DNA from: Zygnema circumcarinatum SAG 698-1b | Lineage: Eukaryota; Plantae; Zygnematophyceae | NCBI GenBank assembly: GCA_037447605.1 | Contig: CM074805.1 | Span: 5,055,361-5,119,360, forward strand | DNA length: 64,000 nt | Direction of reading: 5' to 3' | Shown here: positions 56,701 to 64,000 of the stretch, in pieces | How the letters are laid out: each line of letters starts with the position of its first letter | How positions within the stretch are numbered: position 1 is the first letter of the stretch | The notes under the pieces: generated by a model | Database searches by the model: none | Seen by the model: only the letters and a program-made list of their open reading frames with translations | Told to the model about the DNA's origin: nothing | Translations under genes and position numbers: made by a program

Positions 56701-56960
56701 TGGACGTTCGAGAGCCATTTGCTAGACATTCATGAGATGCATAACTCGAAATACCGACAACTGCAGATATGCCTATTTGACGTTCTGGCTAACATTCACA
56801 GTATCGTAAGTAGGCATAGATTGCATAGCTCGTTCATGCTCTGACTGCAGCTAAACCAGCTTAGCTCTTCCTTGCGAGCTGCTCGACTCAACCGCACCTG
56901 TTGTAGCAATGCTCGTGCCTGGGTCAGGCCATCTCCTCTCCGCTTCATTAGCTGCCGAAC
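52560..56960 (-). CDS. HAT (half-a-TPR) repeat region, HCF107/Mbb1-like consensus; modelled as the C-terminus of the CRSH gene
   Basis: Repeats such as QAWGVMEAELGNVKRMRSLFRRALQVTP, QAWALMEQRVGNLDEARRLLRRVLELAP, HAWAMLEKRCGQWARARELLVRAERLRP, QAYARLERQLHGNLQEARELLALALTAEP and QAFATLEGHDGQADRARQLFKKALQIA match the AW-x2-E-x3-G-x4-AR-x-L-x3-A-x4-P pattern. Confidence 0.9.
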
Positions 56961-59900
56961 TCTCTTCACTTGCTCTTCTATCTCTTGTTCTTCTTGTATT
57001 GGCCTTTTCATCGCTTCTGAAGGCGAGCTTGCTATCTCCCGCGCCAGCTCCAGTTCCTGAACCAAAGTTGGCTGTGCAATGGTAGGAGGTCTAGGACTAC
57101 GCTGTAGTACTAGCCGCCCACTACTTTTAAAACCCAGTCTGCTAAATACGGAGCTGCTTTCCCCGCCTCCAGTATCAGTATAGTCTGCCTCAGTCATCAG
57201 TGGATGAGCGATCACTGACATCTCGTCTGATGCACCGTCCTCCCTGACAGCACGGTCATCTGCCAGAGCCATTGCATGTCCGCCAATATTTGGTAACGCG
57301 ACTACCGCGTCCACTGATGCTGCCAACACCAAACAGGACCCCCCGTCTTTTCTACAGGCAGGGTCTCCCTGAGGCAAAGAATATGGCAGATTGTCTTCTC
57401 GGCCACAACCGCTTTCAACCCCCCTCGGTTCCGCCTCACCATCCAGCTCCTTGTTGCTCGAATAAAGTTCTCCTTGGAGGGCTTCTTCGATCGAAACAAG
57501 CTCTGCTCTCACTATTGAGCTGTTAGCTTCACAATTTGTCTTCTCAAACTGCCCATGATCTGCTCGGGCTAACTGTTCCAGTGGAAGCTCCTTTCTTTCA
57601 GAGCCCTGCCCAACAAACGTGTTGATCTGGACTCCATGTTGTAAGCAATCGCCAAGCTCCTTCCAGTATCGCCGATCCACTCCGGGCAAATTCCTTAGTA
57701 CTCCAATCTGGAGACCACACGCAGAACGATTAAGCCCACCGTGAATTCGATTACTCCTTAATAAACGCGCTTTGCTGTTTTCACAAAAGACTGGACTGGA
57801 AGCCGTAAAGCAGATTCTCGAGTATTCCTGAGTTGTTTAGGGTTTTCAGGGTTTTTAAAAAACGTGCAGAGTAAGCACTGACTTGGCGCCGAAACTCTGC
57901 AAATTCTGCTGCACTGATGCTTCCATCTTTGTTTGCATCTAACAAAGCCATCAGCTCCTCCACATCCTCGGAAGAATTAGGAAGTCCCACGGCCACCTCT
58001 GCCACCACCGAATGCACCTCCTCCATGCTGATGCTTCCGTCGCCATTCCGGTCAAACATTGCGAACATATGATCCGTTTCAGCATCTGATAAGTTTGTCT
58101 GCATTCTCTCGTCTGACATCGTCCTTGAATCATTGAACGGCATGTCTGCAAGTTCAGCCATAGCCTCCATAATCGCCCTCAGTTGCTGCACCTGCACTGC
58201 CCCCCTCCCCCCCAAAAAAATCCAGCATGCATGCATGAAACAATCACTCTCCTGCCAGAACGCGATAAGCCCTTTGACTCCCACTTCAAAGCACAACCAC
58301 CTACGTAAAGTGCTGTCAGAGCTGGCAGACGTGCAATCCTTAAGACTCCCTAGAGTGCGTGGACATTCCTCTCCCAAGTACCTGTCTTCGGGGCACTCCA
58401 GCTCAAGTTATCTAAAACGCACGCCAGTCGGGATAATGACGTTTCAGATAACTTTAAGGACTGACACGACTAGTTGCTGCTAGTTGATTGATGAAAGGGA
58501 ATTCGGAAGTTGTGCACTATTCAAAAATCATGGGGAACATCCGTAACCTCAGCATTGAAACCGTAGCATGAAGGACACTTCTTCAATGTCACATTTTGGC
58601 CCGCTCGCCAGACTAATTACCTGCTTGGGGTCTGTAAGACCACCCTTGTAAGCCCCATGTGCAGCCGCACCATGGACAGCTAGAGCGTCCATAGCCGTCG
58701 TTCGAATCTGCAGTTCCAACGGAGGACTACATCGTTCTTCGTCGATGTGCACCGCAAAATGTAGGCTTTGGTAGTTGTTCTTTTTCGGTTTGGCAATATA
58801 ATCTTTTGAACGGTCAGGAATCTCCACCCAGAGAGAAGTAGCAATCTGCCCCACGAGATAGCATGCCTGCACTCCTCTCGCCTCTTCTTCATCGGCAGAT
58901 CCTCCCTTGCGTGGTGAGACCACTACCCTGAGACCAAGAAGGTCAAAAACCTCATCACGACGACGACCATCACGAAGGAGCTTTTTCATCGTGCTATAAA
59001 GGCTCTTGCAGCGGCCCACAATGCTAAAACCGTCAACCAAGTCTCTCAGCCGTTCATTTGCCCACAATGCAGTTTCAAGCTTGTGTCTGCAAGCGTCAAC
59101 TGTCCTCTCCCCAGCTGGCCACTGCATCTGAAGCCACTCCTCCATGGAACGATACGACTGTGGAAAAAGCACTCTGAAAGCAGAATCCTCAAGCTCCCAC
59201 AGAAGCGAGCCAGTCCCAAGAGCGTGGGCCATCGGAGCCCAGACCTGCATAGTCTCCAGTGCGACCACCTGCTGGCGCCACCGGGGTAGAGACACCAGGT
59301 GCCTCATCGTGTCGAGACACGATGCCAGCTCAACTACAATGGACCGCGGGTCATGAAAGCTGAGGCAAAACTGGCGGAGGGATTTCGCAGTCGCGTCGTC
59401 CAGGTTGTCGACTCGCTGAGGAGCCCCCTGGACCCTCTGGCTGTCATGCAACAGTCGGCCGACCAGCACACCCAAATGCAGCTCCACTGATCCCATGCTG
59501 ATCACACCAATCTCTACGGCCTCCCTGAGCAGCCCTGCTGCTATCGTTTCTGCATCCATCTGCACGTTGATGCATACCAGTTAGGACCGTTCCTTCAGCG
59601 TAGAAGAACATGGAACTCCCCTGTCAAACAGTATGTAACCGTAAATCACAACACAGTACGACAAGACACTCTCTGAAACGCACCCGGAGGTCAGCGAGCG
59701 TGGTGGCCATGGCCAGCGCCCTGGCAGTTCGAGAGCGTCCTCCTTCTGCAGGCGGGGCTCCTTGCAGCGCTGGGAGCGCGAGCTTGAGCGCTGCAATGAG
59801 CAGCTGCGCGGCGGAGCTGCGCGCAGAAACAGCCGGCAGACGGGGCGCCAGCGTGTCCCACGCGGCCATCAGCTCCATCACTCTGCGCCCGCCGGCCCGC

Positions 59901-60586
59901 TCCATGGCCACCACAGGCATGGGCTGCTCGGAAGAAATCCAAGCCTCTGCACCGTCGCTCTCTCCATCTGCTGCACCGCCAGCCCCTCCCCTGCTCCCTA
60001 AACTGTCGTCAAGCGTCTCCGGAGAGTGAGAACTTGGACCCGCGAACCTCTCCTCTCCTCTAGCTGCCACGTCAGCCAGCTCCTCGTCTGTGAGGAGGTC
60101 GCCGAACAAAGGAGGCTCGGCACCGCTCGCCTCCCGTGCAGAAGCGCTTTCTGAGGGCGGCCCAACGTCCCTGTACAGCGACTCCAGCTCACGCTGCATG
60201 CTGCCGTCCTGCAGCACCTCCAGGCTGCGCCACCGAGCGTGCCCCCTCCCCGAGCACCTCCGCTGAGCTCTGCGGCCCATCCGCGTTGCGGCCGGCCCTT
60301 CCTCCGCAAGCGCCGCATCTCGTCCCAGCGACGGCTGCATGGACCTATACGCCTGGACCTGCAGCAGCAGCCTCCCCCCGCGCCATGCATCCCGCTCAGA
60401 AGCCCACTCCGTGTCAACGACCCCTCGGCGGACGGGGCAGAGAGCGGAGCCTCCTGCAGCGGCCTCGCCGGGTCGGAGGGGTCGAAGCTGCAAGGCCGGG
60501 CGGGGGGCGCAGGCGGGCGGCATGGGCGCTCGCTCGTGGCGGAGGGCGGCCACGGCGGAGGGCGCATTGCAAGTGCATGCTGCCAT
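52560..60586 (-). CDS. CRSH: Ca2+-activated RelA/SpoT homolog (CRSH) with in-frame C-terminal HAT/TPR repeat array; at least 1381 aa in the model
   Basis: Exons 59684-60586 (Ala/Arg/Pro-rich transit-peptide-like N-terminus), 58621-59559 (degenerate HD: AAGLLREA; synthetase: GRCKSLYS, VFDLLGLRV, RSKDYIAKPKKNNYQSLH, LELQIRT, AAHGAYKG), 57883-58191 (EF loops DRNGDGSISMEE and DANKDGSISAAE), 56898-57707 (270 open codons), then HAT exons 56211-56277, 55966-56015, 55720-55854, 55266-55580, 54849-54950, 54629-54739, 53812-53913, 52963-53067, 52560-52757. All junctions are GT-AG and in phase. CRSH identity is near certain; the fusion is a model. Extra exons may exist in 53070-53810 and 53915-54625. 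Confidence 0.85.
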
Positions 60587-60710
60587 GCAGGGGCCGCCGC
60601 TTCAGGGCCTCTCCGCCTCCTTGCGGGGCGAGCGCACGGCAGCCATGGCCGCAGGCAGAGTGAGGCAGGGCGCAGATGCAGGCGCAGGGCGGGGCGGGGC
60701 GAGGCAGGAG

Positions 60711-60791
60711 TGACGTGGCGGGCGACGGCGGCCGGCGGGACGAATCGCGCGGTGGGGCGCCACGCGGCGCCGATAGCCGATAGCCGATAGC
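60711..60791 (-). promoter_or_regulatory. CRSH proximal promoter motifs: TGACGTGGC and 3 x CGATAGC
   Basis: Motifs are visible 125-205 bp upstream of the modelled ATG (60586). Function unverified. Confidence 0.25.
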
Positions 60792-61493
60792 CCGCGCCCA
60801 TCCGCTCCACCGGAAGTACCGTCCATACCTCGATACGGTACGGCTCCAGCAATCGCGATACAGCAAGAGCCCCTAATAATTTCCACCCGAGTACTTCCGT
60901 TACCCAAGAAATTCGCCCTGATTTGGAGGAAACCACTTTTCTCCGCACTTAGTCAGTATTAATGTATTAGGGGTGTTAACTTAACCTGACCTATTTTTCA
61001 ATACAGAATCTGTTAATCGAAACGGATTTTGAACATGGGTCACGCTATTCCGCTGAATTGAAATCTACATTTGTACGATTGCCATGCACAGTACAGTACT
61101 GTACTGCACAATCTGATTGAACGTGTGAGATGCGAAACGGTACGGTAAATCGTACGATATATGTACGGCACCAATAGGAGCTCGCGACAGTGCCCGCAGG
61201 GCAGCCATGCGCCTCCGTACAGAGAGAAACAGAACGGCCGCATGCCGGTCTCGGGAAACCACGTCCGCCCGCCTATGGGTGGGGGTCCATCAGCAGGCCT
61301 CTTCAAATAGGGGAGATCGGCTTAAGATAAGGGGACTGTCCCCTAACTTGGTTTTGTAAAAACACGTAAATATGGACTGTACGGACGAAACCGTGCACGT
61401 ACGGACGAGACAGAATACTTGCCTCCTGCTTACCGTTTGCCTCTAGCAGGCTAAAAACCCATTGTAACTGCTCACAAACCTCGGCTGGCCAAG

Positions 61494-61844
61494 ATGATGT
61501 CAACAGAGGAGATCAACAACATTGGGGTTGATTTCGCTGGCCTTCTTCGAGCTTATCGAGAAGATGTTAACTTGAGGAGAATATTGAATAAATGCGATGA
61601 TGCAAGCACAGATTTTTTTGCTGGTTGGGATGCTATGGGCATTGGGGAAAGGTTTCCAAGGTTGCGAGAATTTTATGGAGACCTTGCTTCATCATTTCCC
61701 AACACTGCTACCGTCGAGTCTGATTTTTCAGTAATTGGATGGGAGGAAGACGAGTTTTGAAAGAGTTTGACAGACTTTTCATTGGAAGGAATTCTTCACT
61801 GCAAACAGTATGATAGTTTGATCGCTCTTCGAGGGTCTCTTTGA
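61494..61844 (+). pseudogene. hAT-like transposase C-terminal (dimerisation-region) relic with an internal stop
   Basis: LREFYGDLASSFPNTATVESDFSVIGWEEDEF*KSLTDFSLEGILHCKQY has the TATVESDFS pattern of hAT C-terminal dimerisation regions. The internal TGA at 61758-61760 is plausibly from CGA. Flanks are AT-rich; no TIR pair was identified. Confidence 0.65.
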
Positions 61845-63052
61845 GTAATTTGCATCACATCTATAGTTGTCTTGTTCAGCCTAAAACTCATAAGGGAGTG
61901 AGACCATTTTTCATTTCATTTCTAATTTTAGTTCCTATTTCAATTTTTCTTTTGTGGCTACACCTAGAATTTTAGAGGTTATGATTTGGAATAGAGTTTT
62001 TGTGAGGAAATTTCAAGACTATGATGGATTCTAAAGTGATACTTAGGGGCGCTTACTGTACCATGTGTCCTGAAGGGAAGTTGGTTACACCGACAGCTGA
62101 AGAGAGCCACATGTGAACTAGAGCATCGATTCTTGTCCGCATTCTTGATGCCCTGAAACGCAGAGACTGGCGTCTGCAGTTGGCGGTTCTACATCAGCGA
62201 GAGTGCCATTGCATGAGCATGCACTGGCACCCTCGCTGCTGCCCCTGCTTGCCGCGGCAGCACTCACCCGGCCGCCTGCAGCGGTATGGCCGCCCAGAGG
62301 GTGCAGGCAGACGCTCAGCGCAATGTTCTGCGGGCTCCACACCTCTGACAAGGAACACAAAAACTGTGCTTTCCAATTCGCCGAGAAATTGCAAGAGAGT
62401 GGAATGGCTGGAAGGACAGCCCACAGCCTCCCATTATGCGCTTCACAACATGCCGCAAGGAAGGCGTGCCTTTCTTTCTAAAAGGAAACTTACATTATTT
62501 AACGGACCGGACTCGTGAACAACAACACTTCGAGACTAGCACATACCGCTGTCCTAAAGTCACAAAAAAAGCCAACTATGGTTTTCTGCTTGCGGACAGC
62601 GCCTGGCACTTTTGTAGCCTTATCCTTCCATGTGAACATACCACCGCTCCTCCTGCCCTTTGGAAGCGATAACAGTCAAGGTTGACTATTTGTCGTGGCG
62701 GACATTCAGCCACCCTAAGCAGGCGCCTGTACTGCTTATACTTTCCACATAAATGGATGCAAATGCCTTGTTGCCGCTTAATGAAGAGGTGGCTTTCAGC
62801 AGGGAGCTGTTTGCCACAAACTACTCGGACTCCTCCAAAGTTGAAGAGCGGCTCAACTTCCCCTTCTCACCTATGATGCCTTCGAATTTCAGTTATGGAG
62901 CCTATCATGGTGAGCACAGCGAGCACATGTGCAAGGGACATGACGCCCACGTGCGTAGGCGTAAACTCCCGAAGCACAAAAGGATGCCCACGGGCAGTAC
63001 CAGCAATGGCCGGACACGCTCTGTGATTCAGCAAGGAGCACACACATCCTCC

Positions 63053-63988
63053 TTAACCGTACGGGTTACGGAACTTCTTCAAGAGGTCGGGGACATCGTA
63101 TCCCAACATCTGTACCAAAGGGGACGCTTGATGTGAGGGCCAGCTCATAACCAAAACGCCCAATCATCACATACTGAGTGTTGTCTCATCAGACCATAGA
63201 CGAGATTAAAATACATGAAACTCTAATGGGAAGCAAACGTAAATGGAAGCAAAGTCTTTGCACGTTTGTGGTAAAGGACAGGACCTGATCAGCAGCTTGA
63301 AGCAGGTTTGGCTTCATCCTCTCAAACTTTGAGAAGTCAAACGCTGCCAGGGCCTCTTGAAAATGCTCCACCTTTGGAAAGTCGCCAGCTGGCAAATGGT
63401 GCTCTTTTTGAATCTGCAATAATCCAGTCACAGCTAAGGAAAGGGACCTCAAATTTAATGGAGCCACGTTTGCTAATTAGAAATAGAACACACTGAAACT
63501 CCGCTTTTTGGCAAGTATGAAGAAATCACCTTAGTGAACTCCTCCGCCAAGTTCTCGATAAGTTTCTGCTGAGCACGAGGCCTTCCCATCATGGGCATCT
63601 GGGCCCTCAAGTGACTCACGATAAATGCATTTATTTTTGCTGCTCGTGCACGTTTAACGAACTCATTGATCTGCAGAGAGTATTAGCGACGCCCAATCAT
63701 CAGTGGATTTTCACTTGAGCAGGGACGAAAAAATGTACATTGAAGAGTTGTGACACTGTCACAGCAATCCATGGCTGTGGGAGAAAGGAAGGGGCTTTTC
63801 CCGTAGTGCCCCACAAATAGAAAGAGCTAACTCCTATGGTGAAGAGGCCGCATCCGCCTTCCACCTTTCGATCACACGACTTGCGCGGTATGTCCTTGAG
63901 GTCAAGCAGAAGGTCGTTCTGCTCCATCTCAAACAGCTGCCTTCCAAAGGAGCCCACCTCCTCCCTCACAGGATCCACATTGAACGAC
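63053..63988 (-). CDS. EHD1-like: EH-domain-containing dynamin-like ATPase (EHD/RME-1 family), last four exons; 5' part is beyond the window
   Basis: Exons 63865-63988 (SFNVDP...EMEQNDLLLDLKDIPRKSCDRK), 63530-63670 (INEFVKRARAAKINAFIVSHL...QQKLIENLAEEFTK), 63285-63413 (IQKEHHLPAGDFPKVEHF...), 63053-63109 (MLGYDVPDLLKKFRNPYG*). All GT-AG and in phase; matches the plant EHD C-terminus. Confidence 0.93.
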
Positions 63989-64000
63989 CTGCAACAGACA

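Noticed and set aside
57781-57882. CRSH ending by read-through at 57781 (VSAYSARFLKTLKTLNN...)
   Set aside because: The read-through crosses a telomere-like motif and lacks CRSH similarity, while the spliced route restores a CRSH-like tail. It is still possible as a minor isoform.
58549-59565. Bacterial contamination or recent HGT as the source of the RelA/SpoT ORF
   Set aside because: It has spliceosomal introns in phase, a transit-peptide-like exon, EF-hands and a CRSH-type degenerate HD motif.
62118-63136. ORFs of 64-127 aa between the hAT relic and EHD
   Set aside because: No recognisable motifs or exon logic; probably EHD 3' UTR or intergenic.

Overview
Eukaryotic, intron-rich genomic DNA, most likely from a streptophyte green alga. 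This is inferred from land-plant-type gene families (REC/TSS, CRSH, plant EHD) occurring with a TTTTAGGG telomere-type repeat. Left block (1-20 kb): the 3' part of a cytosolic lysyl-tRNA synthetase gene (+) converges on a complete 17-exon REC/TSS (CLU-TPR) gene (-). Middle block (20-48.9 kb): short tandem repeats, then a four-level nested stack of LTR retrotransposons (a chromodomain Gypsy carrying three Copia-type families; two insertions have intact 5-bp TSDs), in indel-noisy sequence. A 100-N gap is followed by about 2.1 kb of (CCCTAAAA)n oriented like a left chromosome end, then subtelomere-like repeats. Right block (52-64 kb): a hAT-like transposase relic, the 3' end of an EHD gene, and the main finding. 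This is a minus-strand gene whose hand-spliced model joins a complete Ca2+-activated RelA/SpoT homolog (transit peptide, degenerate HD domain, ppGpp synthetase, two EF-hands) in frame, through a 270-codon open exon, to about 9-10 HAT/TPR repeats resembling plastid RNA-binding HCF107/Mbb1-type proteins. All gene models were spliced by hand from GT-AG sites and reading-frame phase. No database search or expression data was available.
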